A DNA stretch of 64,000 nt. Source: Planctomycetota bacterium (lineage in GTDB: Bacteria; Planctomycetota; B15-G4). Positions 37,820 to 47,111 of the stretch are shown here, one piece after another (positions within the stretch are counted from its first letter, which is position 1; each line of letters opens with the position of its first letter). The stretch lies in contig CBDFJQ010000002.1 of the NCBI GenBank assembly GCA_965248575.1, positions 3,360,001-3,424,000 on the forward strand. Direction: 5' to 3'. The notes beneath the pieces were generated by a model. The model saw only the letters and a list, made by a program, of their open reading frames with translations. It had not been told where the DNA came from and did no database searches. A program made the translations under genes and the position numbers.

Positions 37820-40486
37820 GTGTCAAAACCACTAGTTATCGTTGAGTCACCCGCTAAGGCCCGCACGATAGGCAAGTTCCTAGGCCGGAACTTCACTGTC
37901 AAAGCGAGCATGGGCCACGTTCGAGACCTCCCTAAATCGGGGCTCGGCGTGGACGTCGAGGACGACTTCCGGACGGAGTGGGAGCCGATCAAGGATCGGG
38001 CCAAGGTGCTCAAGGATCTGCGCGAGCGCGTGGAGTCCACGGACACCATCTACCTCGCAACTGACCCCGACCGCGAGGGCGAAGCCATTGCCTGGCACCT
38101 GGTCGAGTCCTTGATGGACGAGGAGGAGCGGGCGGAGAAGACCATCCAGCGGGTGGTCTTCCACGAGATCACGGACTCCGCCATCAAGGAGTCCTTCGAC
38201 CACCCGACCGAGCTCAACACGCACGGCGTCGACGCCTACAAGACGCGCCGGGTGCTCGACCGCCTCATGGGGTATCAGCTCTCCCCTTTGCTGTGGAAGA
38301 AGATGGCTCGCGGCCTGTCCGCTGGCCGGGTGCAGACCGTTGCCGTGCGCCTGGTGGTGGAGCGGGAGCGGGAGATCCGCGAGTTCGACCCCGAGGAATA
38401 CTGGCGCCTGATCGCACGCTTCGGCGAAGGCGAAGACGTCTTCGAAGCTGAATTCGGCCGCCTGGACGGCGAGAAGCTCAAGCTGATCAATGCCGAGACG
38501 ACCCAGAGCGTGTTGGCCCGCCTGTCCACCTCGGCCAGCGCCCTGGGCGCCGTCCCGAACGACGACAGCGACAAGGACGTGCTGCGCTTCCCCGTCGTCA
38601 CGGACGCCACGCCTTTCAGCATCACGAAGCTTGAGCAGAAGGCCCGCCTCGACCGCGCGCGGCCTCCTTTCATCACGAGCACCCTGCAGCAGGCGGCCGC
38701 CGGCCGCTACGGCTTCACGGCCCGGCGCACCATGCGCACGGCGCAGCAGCTGTACGAGGGCATGGAGGTGCCAGGCAAGGGTGCCGTCGGTCTCATCACC
38801 TACATGAGAACCGACTCCTTCAACATCTCGAAGTCGGCCCAGGCCGCGGCTCGCGACCTGATTCCGAAGCTCTACGGCGAGAAGTACCTGCCTGAGAAGC
38901 CCGCGTCCTACCGCAGCAAGAAGGGCGCGCAGGAAGCTCACGAGGCCATCCGCCCCACCGATCCGTCGATCCACCCCGACGACCTCAAGGGCGTGCTCTC
39001 AGCCGAGCAAGCGAAGCTCTACGACCTCATCTGGCGGCGCTTCATGTCCAGCCAGATGTCGCCGGCGGAGTACCTCGTCACGAGTGTCGAACTCACGTGC
39101 AACGGCGCGGCCTTCGACGCCTCAGGGCGCGTCACCGTGTTCGATGGATACACCCGGGTCTACGGCCGCGAATCCCGCGATGATCAGCAGTTGCCACCCC
39201 TCACCGAGGGTGCGGACATGATCTCGCAAAACGTCGACGCGACGCAGCACTTCACGTCGCCACCGCGCCGTTACACGGAAGCCTCGCTGGTGCGCTCACT
39301 CGAGAAGCACGGCATCGGTCGGCCGTCCACCTATGCGTCCATCCTCTCCACCATCGTCGATCGCAAATACGTCGACCACGGTGAGGAGGCAACGGAGGAT
39401 GAAGCCCGTCGAGCCCTCATCGCGGGCGAGGAAGATCCGCCCGTGGAGGCCGCCTCGGACGCCGAATCCGCCGAATCCGCCGAATCCGCCGATGCGGAGA
39501 CGGAGCCGAGCGACGACGATGACGAGGCGCCCGCGGATGATCGCGGCCCGCAGAAGAAACGCTCTAAAGCCTTCCACGCCACACACTTGGGAGAGGCGGT
39601 CACCAACCTCCTGGTCCCCTATTTCGACGAGATCGTGAACACCGAATTCACGGCCAACATGGAGAGCAACCTCGACCGTGTGGCCGAGGGGGAGGTGGAC
39701 TGGAAGAAGATCGTCCAGGACTTCTACGTGCGCTTCGCAGGCGACCTCAAGAACGCTGAAGAGAACATGGAGCCGTACTGGGAGCGGCCCATCCTGTTGA
39801 CGGACATGGCGTGCGGGAAGGTCCCCGAAGACGGCGGCCCGGCGTGCACCGCGCCCATGGCGATCCTCTTCAACCGCTTCGGAAGCTACCTCGGCTGCTC
39901 GCGTTACCCCGACTGCAAGAACACCCTCAGCCTGACGGGCCGCAAGAAGGCCGAGGCCGAACTCACCGAACACACCTGCCAGAAGCGGAACGACAAGGGA
40001 GTCGTCTGCGGGCGGCAGATGGAGAAGAAGGTGAACCGTTGGGGCAGTGCCTTCCTGGCGTGCACGGGCTTCAAGGAGAAGAAGTGCGACGGCACGGTCT
40101 CCATCAGCAAGGCGGGCGAACCCCTGTGGCCGGTCGAGACATCGGTGCCCTGCCCAGACTGCGAAACGCCGTTGGTGGTCAAGCGCTCCCGGAGAGGCAA
40201 ATTTCTCGCCTGCACCCGCTATCCGAAGTGTCGTGGGACGCTCTCGGTTCCCAGCTGCACAAGGGAATCGCGCACCGGCAAGGCGTGCGGGAAGCCCATG
40301 ACGGAACCGGTCGCTGGCGGCAAGATGCGCTGCAAGACGCACCCCGACGTGAAGTTGGTCCCCCCTCCCAAGAAGAAGAAGGGCGAAGAGGACGACGGCG
40401 CCAAGCCAAAGGCAGCTGCGAAGAAGGCCACGAAGAAGAAGGCGGCCAAGAAGAAAGCCACGCGCAAGAAGGCAGCGCCCAAGTAA
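37820..40486 (+). CDS. topA: DNA topoisomerase I with Zn ribbons and a Lys-rich tail
   Basis: IVESPAKA, ATDPDREGE, SAGRVQT, LITYMRTDS, QEAHEAIRPT, GIGRPSTY, C-terminal Cys ribbons. Confidence 0.97.
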   Translation: MSKPLVIVESPAKARTIGKFLGRNFTVKASMGHVRDLPKSGLGVDVEDDFRTEWEPIKDRAKVLKDLRERVESTDTIYLATDPDREGEAIAWHLVESLMDEEERAEKTIQRVVFHEITDSAIKESFDHPTELNTHGVDAYKTRRVLDRLMGYQLSPLLWKKMARGLSAGRVQTVAVRLVVEREREIREFDPEEYWRLIARFGEGEDVFEAEFGRLDGEKLKLINAETTQSVLARLSTSASALGAVPNDDSDKDVLRFPVVTDATPFSITKLEQKARLDRARPPFITSTLQQAAAGRYGFTARRTMRTAQQLYEGMEVPGKGAVGLITYMRTDSFNISKSAQAAARDLIPKLYGEKYLPEKPASYRSKKGAQEAHEAIRPTDPSIHPDDLKGVLSAEQAKLYDLIWRRFMSSQMSPAEYLVTSVELTCNGAAFDASGRVTVFDGYTRVYGRESRDDQQLPPLTEGADMISQNVDATQHFTSPPRRYTEASLVRSLEKHGIGRPSTYASILSTIVDRKYVDHGEEATEDEARRALIAGEEDPPVEAASDAESAESAESADAETEPSDDDDEAPADDRGPQKKRSKAFHATHLGEAVTNLLVPYFDEIVNTEFTANMESNLDRVAEGEVDWKKIVQDFYVRFAGDLKNAEENMEPYWERPILLTDMACGKVPEDGGPACTAPMAILFNRFGSYLGCSRYPDCKNTLSLTGRKKAEAELTEHTCQKRNDKGVVCGRQMEKKVNRWGSAFLACTGFKEKKCDGTVSISKAGEPLWPVETSVPCPDCETPLVVKRSRRGKFLACTRYPKCRGTLSVPSCTRESRTGKACGKPMTEPVAGGKMRCKTHPDVKLVPPPKKKKGEEDDGAKPKAAAKKATKKKAAKKKATRKKAAPK
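39461..39492 (+). repeat. In-frame 9-bp tandem repeat (GCCGAATCC x3.5) in topA
   Basis: gccgaatcc gccgaatcc gccgaatcc gccga, encoding AES repeats. Confidence 0.9.
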
Positions 40487-40574
40487 CACTCGGGCAGGGC
40501 GCTGACCGTACGCAGAGCGGGCACGTGAGGCGCGGGACCCTCCCCAGTCGAACCACTTTGCAGGGCAGACGTCG

Positions 40575-41003
40575 ATGATTTCGGACACCTTCCTGATCGC
40601 TTTCGCCTGCACCGTTGCGGCCCTGGCGGGCGTGATCTGGTCCGGGGTCAAGGCCCGCCGCAGCCTGCACTATGGTCTCGTCGTGCTCCTGCTCGGTCTG
40701 CTGACCTGGGCCATCCGAGAAGCGGAGATCATGGGTTCCGATCTCGTCTACGAAGGCGCGTCGGGGGTGTTCCGCACCATCCACTTCGGAGCAGTGGGCC
40801 TGACGTTCCTTGCCCTGCCGTTGCTCGTGGTCACGGGCCTTCGGCTCGCGAAGAAGGAGTCGCCATCCCATCGCAAGGCACACCGCGCCGTGGCCTGGGT
40901 GTTCATCTGCGCGGTCCTCGCCACGACAGCGCTCGGCACCACCATGACGTTGCTCGCCGAGAAGGCGCAGGACCCGCCGGCCGAAGCAACCCCAGCCGAC
41001 TAG
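40575..41003 (+). CDS. Hypothetical 4-TM membrane protein
   Basis: Four hydrophobic helices, several with His (SLHY, TIHF, AHR). Confidence 0.7.
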   Translation: MISDTFLIAFACTVAALAGVIWSGVKARRSLHYGLVVLLLGLLTWAIREAEIMGSDLVYEGASGVFRTIHFGAVGLTFLALPLLVVTGLRLAKKESPSHRKAHRAVAWVFICAVLATTALGTTMTLLAEKAQDPPAEATPAD

Positions 41004-44000
41004 TTCCTGTCAGCGCGCAGGCGCAGCGCGCGCTCGACGCGGTTGGTCTGCAGGTAGTCGATGCCGTGGGAGTAGGCGCTGCCCAGCGCATCGAATCGAT
41101 TCGGCACGAACTCCGACGTCTGGATGCCTGCCGCCCGGAGTTGCTTCACGACGCCGGGATCCAGCTGGGACGCCAGGCGCGATCCCACGACCAGTCGGTG
41201 AGCGTCCTTGGACTGCGCGAGCGCCTCGACGTCAATTCCATCCAGGCGCGGGAACTCCAAGGCGAGACGCACGTCGGAAAAACGCTCAGCCAGTGGGGCC
41301 ACCAATCGCCCGGCGAAGGACGATACGATGAGCCGGTTGCGGTGAGCATGCCCCTCCAGCAGCGCGGCGACAGCATCAGCCAAGGCGTCGGGCTCGTCTG
41401 GCTTCAGCTCCAACCAGAGCACGGAATCGCTCGGCAGCTCGTCGAGCACCTGGCTGAGCAGTGCGGGCGGCTCGCTGCCAAGCCGCCCGGGAAAACGCGG
41501 GTCCCGGAGCCGGAGTTTCAGCACCTGCTCCCGGTTCAGGTCTCGGAGGTTCTGGTCGACGCCGGTCATGCGGCGCAGGGAGCTGTCGTGCATGACGAAC
41601 ACGGTGCCGTCCGCCGCCAGTCTCAGGTCGCACTCGATGCCATCGGCGCCCAGTTCCAGGGCCCGATGGAACGCACTCATGCTGTTCTCGGGTCGCTCCA
41701 GCAACGCACCCATGTGCGCCAGGACGTGCCCCCCTCCGGGAACTTCGCCGTCGATCCCATCGGCACGGCCGTCGCCGCGCGAGGCAGAGTGAAACTTCCG
41801 CAAGGCACTCAGCTCGAGGCCTGACTCCAATCCGTCCTTCAGCCCCTGCCACATCGCCACGGCGTGCTCGCGAGCCTGCACCTCGCTCGCGGTCAGCGAA
41901 ACGAGCTCCACGAGCTGTTCTTTCAGTTCGGTCAAGGGCACTTGGCCCGTCACCTCGAAGGTGAGGCAGAGCAGGAAACGATCCAACACAGCGCGGCTCC
42001 AGGCCTCTTGGTCGAGGTCCATGCGCAGCTCGGGGAGCTGCTCCCAACCGGAGCGCAGTTCGGCAGCCAATGCCGTCCACGCTCCGTGCTCCTGGGCCGT
42101 CAGGCGATCCAGGACTGCGCGCGTGATGGCCCTGACCCCCGCAGCCGAGTAATCCAGGTCCTGGGTCTGGGCCGCGTCCTCCAGCACCGCGGCCGTGACT
42201 TCGAAGTTCCCGAGCACGCCTACGCCGTAGACCTCGACGTCCTCGCTCACGCTTCCCTGTTGAGCGCCCTGCTCGGCGCCAACGACCCCGGCGCTGAGCA
42301 TCATCAGGGCTTCGGCGGCGCGCAACGGCTCGGGTGTCCCGCCAGCTGCCGGCTCATGGTCCGCATGGAGCTGCGCCAGCTGTGGCTCGAAACCGGCCAC
42401 CCTGTAGCTCACCAGGCCCCGGTCCGGGTCCACCACGCTGTAGGTCATGGGGCGCCCGAGCCCTCCGCGCAGGGCTCGGCTGTAGCGAGAAAGCGTGGGT
42501 GATACGGGCCAGGCCCGCACCAGGTGCCCCAGCAGGAGGTTCATGTCGGTGTGACCAAGCAGCGTGTCGTCCAGGACGCCGGCGGGCACACCGCGGCCGA
42601 TGATCGTCGCCACCACGCGACCCTGGGCTCCCAGATCCCCTTCGGCTTCGCGCTCCTCCACCTCCAGCGGGTCCATGCGTCGGTGGTCTCCAACCATCAG
42701 GAGGACGCCGCGCTGGAAGAAGCGGGAACGCTCCAGCTCCGCGTGGAACTGGACCGTGGTTCGGTCGACGTAGGCGAGCATGCTCCCCTGCAGGTCGCCC
42801 TCGATGCGGTCACTTTCGTCAGGCAGCACATAGGGTTTGTGCAAGCCCACGGTGAAGACCATCAAGAAGACCGGGGAGGGCCAACTCCGCAGGGACTGGA
42901 TCGCCTTCTCGAACAGGCTCTCGTCGCTCGGCCCGCCGAAGGAGTAGATGGTCTCGTCGGCAAAGCGGTGTGAGCTGGCCCCGTGCACGATGTCGAAGCC
43001 CATCTCCCGCAGCCAGCGGTCGTTGTGCTGGAAATCCAGGGGCGCGTTGGAGATGGCAATGGTGGTGTAGCCCCGGGCCTTGGCAGCGGCGACGACGTTG
43101 TTGGCGGCGAATCGCTCGGGAGGAAAGCGCTCCACCATGTCGCCGGTGATGAGGTCGGTGGGCAACGGGTCGGCACCGAGCAGCAGGGACGCCAGGGCAT
43201 CAGAGCTGTTGAATCCGTTGGACGCCGCGTGGGTGAACGTGATGCCGAGCTCCTGCAAGCCGTCAATGCCCGGCAAGCGGTCCCGCGTTCCACCACTGCG
43301 TTTCGAGTCCACCCGGGAGAGGGACTCCGACACCAGCAGCACCAAGTCTGGCGACGGCCCCGGGCCATCCTCAGGCAGGAGAGCACCGGCGTAGGCCTGT
43401 TTCACGCCGTGAGCGAGCCTTGGGAACTCCCGTTCGAGCTCCGCCAGCGCCTCTCCTCTCGGCTCGTGCCGCGCCACCACCTGCAGGTTCAGCCGAAACA
43501 TGTTCAGCGACGCCTGCTCGAGGATCATGTGGGTGCCGACGCTCGGGTTCACGAACCAGGGCACCGCAGCCACCCCCACGAGCAGCGCGGCCGTCGCAAG
43601 CCGGTTGATCGGCAGCACCCACTGCACGCGCCGCAAGAGGACGCAGACCACCAACAGGACACCTCCCAGCACATAGTCAGTGGTGGGCAGCAGCCCCCGG
43701 GCGTGGCGCAGGTCCAGGGCGAAACGCATGAGGTTCGGGAAGGTCAGGCGAGCGTTGAAGAAGCGCACGGCCTGGATGTCGAGCAGGTAGAGAACGACCA
43801 GGGTCCAGCCCAGCGCGAGCCCCAGCTTGCGTCCCCTGCGCCCCGCAACCAGTCCGCAGAGCAACACGACCGCCAGCACCGTGAGGTCTTCCAGCAGGAC
43901 GGTCTGCGTGGGGCTGAGCCCCCCTGCCAGCTGGTAGCTCTCCATGAGCGCCAGGGAGCCTGAGCTGCCCAGGACGTGCAGCTTGTAGGCGCACAGGCTC

Positions 44001-44029
44001 AGCACCGCGAGCAACAGCGCCACAGACAC
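41000..44029 (-). CDS. LtaS/sulfatase-like membrane transferase fused to a glycerophosphodiester phosphodiesterase domain
   Basis: About 5 N-terminal TM helices; LLVSESLS, HKPY, Y.D, VGDH. C-terminal AHMG..PENS..AF..GADGIECD...HD. Start uncertain (GTG 44029 assumed). Confidence 0.75.
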   Translation of the reverse strand: MSVALLLAVLSLCAYKLHVLGSSGSLALMESYQLAGGLSPTQTVLLEDLTVLAVVLLCGLVAGRRGRKLGLALGWTLVVLYLLDIQAVRFFNARLTFPNLMRFALDLRHARGLLPTTDYVLGGVLLVVCVLLRRVQWVLPINRLATAALLVGVAAVPWFVNPSVGTHMILEQASLNMFRLNLQVVARHEPRGEALAELEREFPRLAHGVKQAYAGALLPEDGPGPSPDLVLLVSESLSRVDSKRSGGTRDRLPGIDGLQELGITFTHAASNGFNSSDALASLLLGADPLPTDLITGDMVERFPPERFAANNVVAAAKARGYTTIAISNAPLDFQHNDRWLREMGFDIVHGASSHRFADETIYSFGGPSDESLFEKAIQSLRSWPSPVFLMVFTVGLHKPYVLPDESDRIEGDLQGSMLAYVDRTTVQFHAELERSRFFQRGVLLMVGDHRRMDPLEVEEREAEGDLGAQGRVVATIIGRGVPAGVLDDTLLGHTDMNLLLGHLVRAWPVSPTLSRYSRALRGGLGRPMTYSVVDPDRGLVSYRVAGFEPQLAQLHADHEPAAGGTPEPLRAAEALMMLSAGVVGAEQGAQQGSVSEDVEVYGVGVLGNFEVTAAVLEDAAQTQDLDYSAAGVRAITRAVLDRLTAQEHGAWTALAAELRSGWEQLPELRMDLDQEAWSRAVLDRFLLCLTFEVTGQVPLTELKEQLVELVSLTASEVQAREHAVAMWQGLKDGLESGLELSALRKFHSASRGDGRADGIDGEVPGGGHVLAHMGALLERPENSMSAFHRALELGADGIECDLRLAADGTVFVMHDSSLRRMTGVDQNLRDLNREQVLKLRLRDPRFPGRLGSEPPALLSQVLDELPSDSVLWLELKPDEPDALADAVAALLEGHAHRNRLIVSSFAGRLVAPLAERFSDVRLALEFPRLDGIDVEALAQSKDAHRLVVGSRLASQLDPGVVKQLRAAGIQTSEFVPNRFDALGSAYSHGIDYLQTNRVERALRLRADRN

Positions 44030-44067
44030 GGACCCACGCCCCGTCTGTGGGTCGCCGGCGGCAGCCA

Positions 44068-45561
44068 CTACAGCAGCGCGCTCTCCACCCACTGCTTCAG
44101 GCCGTCGAACCCGAGGCCGTAGTAGACGGTGGCCAGGCCCAAGGCCAGCACGCTCGCGTGGGCCAGGAAGGGCAGGATCCCGCGAGTGGGTGTGCCTGCG
44201 ACGAAGTCGGAGTCACCGCGCAGGTACATCGCGCGAGCGATCTTGAAGTAGTAGAAGAGCGAAACCACCGCGTTCAAGGCGCCCACCACCGCAAGCCAGT
44301 ACAGGCCTACATCCAGACTGGCGCTGAACAACATGAGCTTGCCAACGAAACCAGCCGTGGGGGGCAGGCCCGTGAGAGAAACCAGGAAGAGCACGAACAG
44401 GGCGGCGGTGAACGGTGCCGACCAGCCCAGCCCCTGGTAGTCCTCCAGGTCCTCGGCGCCGAAGCGGTTGGCCAGGGCCATCACGCAGGCGAAGGCACCC
44501 AAGGTCGCGAGGTAGTAGGTGCCCAGATAGAACATCAAGGCATCGAGACCCGTGTCGGTGGCGGCACCACTCGTCATCACGGCCACGCCCATGAGCAGGT
44601 AACCGGCGTGGGCGATGGAGGAGTAGGCCAGCATCCGCTTCACATTGCGCTGCAGCACTGCCGTCACATTGCCGTAGGTCATGGTCACAGCGGCCATGAC
44701 CGCGATCACCTGGCCCAGGTGCGTCAACCACTCGGCATTGAGGGCGTCGCCCAGGAAGACTCCGTGGACGAAGCGGGCCAGAACACCGAAGCCGGCGGCC
44801 TTGCTGGCCACAGCCAGGAAGCTCGTGACGGGCGTCGGCGCGCCTTGGTAGACGTCCGGCGCCCAGAAGTGGAAGGGGAAGGCGGAGATCTTGAAGCCGA
44901 AACCGACCATGACGAAGACCGTGGCCAACGCGACCACCAACTGCTGGGGCAGGTCACCGCCCCAAGCAGCAGAGACGGCCAAGCCGATGTCGCCCAGGCG
45001 CAAGCTGCCGGCGAGGCCGAAGAACAGGCTGAAGCCGAAGACCATGATGGCCGAGGCCAGGGCGCCGTAGACCAGATACTTCAGCGCGGCCTCGGACGAA
45101 CGGCGCTCCTTGCGCTGCCAACCGGCCAGCAGATAGGAGTTGAGCGACAACACCTCAAGGCTCAACAGCAGCATGAGCAGGTGGTCGGTGGAGACCAGCA
45201 GGCTCCCACCCAAGGCCGTGCCCAGGAGCATGGGCACGAACTCGTTGCGGCTGACGTTCTCCATGCCCCGGAACACCACGGCATGCAGGATGACCACACC
45301 GGTCCCACTGATGATCAGCGCCCGGAAGAAGCGCGCGTAGCCATCGAGGGTCAGCACCCCAAACACTTGCTCGGGGTGGGTCCCCGCAGGGTCGGCCAGG
45401 CACCAGAGCGCCATGCCCACGGCCGCCATGCCCAGCACGGCCACGAGGTTGCGCCCGCGCATGCCGAACACGAGGTCGGCGATCACGGTCACGACGATGC
45501 CGATGCTGAGGTAGATCTCAGGCTTGAGGGCCGCGATCTGTGTGAGCAGTTCGGGGGTCAT
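44068..45561 (-). CDS. nuoN: NADH-quinone oxidoreductase subunit N
   Basis: SSEAALKY, FKISAFPFHFWAPDVYQGAP, KRMLAYSSIAHAGY. Confidence 0.95.
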   Translation of the reverse strand: MTPELLTQIAALKPEIYLSIGIVVTVIADLVFGMRGRNLVAVLGMAAVGMALWCLADPAGTHPEQVFGVLTLDGYARFFRALIISGTGVVILHAVVFRGMENVSRNEFVPMLLGTALGGSLLVSTDHLLMLLLSLEVLSLNSYLLAGWQRKERRSSEAALKYLVYGALASAIMVFGFSLFFGLAGSLRLGDIGLAVSAAWGGDLPQQLVVALATVFVMVGFGFKISAFPFHFWAPDVYQGAPTPVTSFLAVASKAAGFGVLARFVHGVFLGDALNAEWLTHLGQVIAVMAAVTMTYGNVTAVLQRNVKRMLAYSSIAHAGYLLMGVAVMTSGAATDTGLDALMFYLGTYYLATLGAFACVMALANRFGAEDLEDYQGLGWSAPFTAALFVLFLVSLTGLPPTAGFVGKLMLFSASLDVGLYWLAVVGALNAVVSLFYYFKIARAMYLRGDSDFVAGTPTRGILPFLAHASVLALGLATVYYGLGFDGLKQWVESALL

Positions 45562-45582
45562 CTTTGTCTCCCGCTCAGCGCT

Positions 45583-47094
45583 CTAGTTGAAGAGCGCGCG
45601 AATCTGCTCGATGGTCGTGTCCATGTGGCCCAAGAGCAGCTGAGGCACCACACCGAGCAAGACACAAAGGATGGCCAGGGGCACGATGGTAAAGACCTCG
45701 CGCTTGTTGATGTCCGGGAAGTCCTTGTACTTCTCGTTGAGCGGGCCCAGGAACACACGCTGCAGGGTCCACAGCAAGAAGGCGGCCGTCACCACGATGC
45801 CGATCACGGCCAGCGAGGCGATCACGGGGTAGACCTCCCAGGCGCCCACGAGCACCAGGAACTCCGAGACGAAGCCGCTCATGCCCGGCAGGCCCAGGGC
45901 GGCGAAGAAGCCCAACGTGGTGAGGCCGGTGTACATGGGCGCCACGTTCGCCAGGCCACCGAAGCCCTCGATCTCACGATGATGTGCCCGGTCGTAGGCG
46001 ACACCCACCAAGAGGAAGAGCATGGCCGAACTCGTGCCGTGCGTGAACATCTGCATCGCTGCGCCATTCAGGCCCGCGCTGGTGAAGGCCGAAGCCCCCA
46101 GCAGGACGTAGCCCATGTGGCTCACCGAGGAGTAGGCCACCATCCGCTTGAAGTCCGTCTGGGCCATGGCGACGAAGGCGCCATAGAGGATGGAGACCAC
46201 GCCGATGACAGCCCCGATGGTGGCGAAGTCCATCGCCACTGCTGGGAACATGCCCAGGTTGATGCGCAGGATGCCGTAGCAACCCAGCTTCAGCAGGATG
46301 CCGGCCAGCACCATGGAGATGGACGTCGGCGCCTCCACGTGGGCGTCCGGCAGCCAGGTGTGGAAGGGAACGATGGGCACCTTGATGGCGAAGGCCACGA
46401 AGAAGGCCACGAAGACCCACTTCATGAAGGGCCAGCCGAAGAGCGTCCCGCCGTTGACCAGGTTCTCGCCAGTGAGCTGCCCGCTGTGGATCATCTCTGA
46501 CAGCATGGGAATGCTGAAGGGCGTTTCCGTCACGTCGCGCACACACAGGTAGAGCGCCACGATCCCCAGCAGCATCAAGACCGAACCGGCCAAGGTGTAG
46601 AGGAAGAACTTGATCGCTGCGTACTCGCGACGCGGGCCACCCCAGATGCCGATCAGGAAGTACATCGGCAGCAGCATCACTTCCCAGAAGACGTAGAACA
46701 GGAAGAGGTCGAGGGACAGGAACACCCCCAAGATGCCGGTCTCGAGCAGGAGCACGAGGAGCATGAAGCCCTTCACGCCCTTGTCGATCTTCCAAGCCGC
46801 GAAGGGCGCCAGGAACATGAGCAATGCCGCCAACCAGACGAGCGGGATGCTCAGGCCGTCCACGCCCACCGAATACTGGATGCCCATCGACTGGATCCAG
46901 TCGACAGCGACCGCGTATTGGTAGCCCACGACTTCCGTGTCGAAGTCCATCCACAGCTTGGTCGCCAGGCAGAGGGGAACGAGCGTACCCGCCACACACG
47001 CGGTGCGAATCGCATCCTTGTGCTGGGATGGGATGAGCAGGATCGCCGCCATCGCGAAGAGTGGCGAGAAGATGATGAGGCTCAGAATGTCCAT
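45583..47094 (-). CDS. nuoM: NADH-quinone oxidoreductase subunit M
   Basis: GVDGLS, FWEVMLLPMY, HTWLPDAHVEAP, AYSSVSHMG. Start MDILS at 47094. Confidence 0.95.
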   Translation of the reverse strand: MDILSLIIFSPLFAMAAILLIPSQHKDAIRTACVAGTLVPLCLATKLWMDFDTEVVGYQYAVAVDWIQSMGIQYSVGVDGLSIPLVWLAALLMFLAPFAAWKIDKGVKGFMLLVLLLETGILGVFLSLDLFLFYVFWEVMLLPMYFLIGIWGGPRREYAAIKFFLYTLAGSVLMLLGIVALYLCVRDVTETPFSIPMLSEMIHSGQLTGENLVNGGTLFGWPFMKWVFVAFFVAFAIKVPIVPFHTWLPDAHVEAPTSISMVLAGILLKLGCYGILRINLGMFPAVAMDFATIGAVIGVVSILYGAFVAMAQTDFKRMVAYSSVSHMGYVLLGASAFTSAGLNGAAMQMFTHGTSSAMLFLLVGVAYDRAHHREIEGFGGLANVAPMYTGLTTLGFFAALGLPGMSGFVSEFLVLVGAWEVYPVIASLAVIGIVVTAAFLLWTLQRVFLGPLNEKYKDFPDINKREVFTIVPLAILCVLLGVVPQLLLGHMDTTIEQIRALFN

Positions 47095-47111
47095 GAGATT
47101 CCCGAGGTTCC

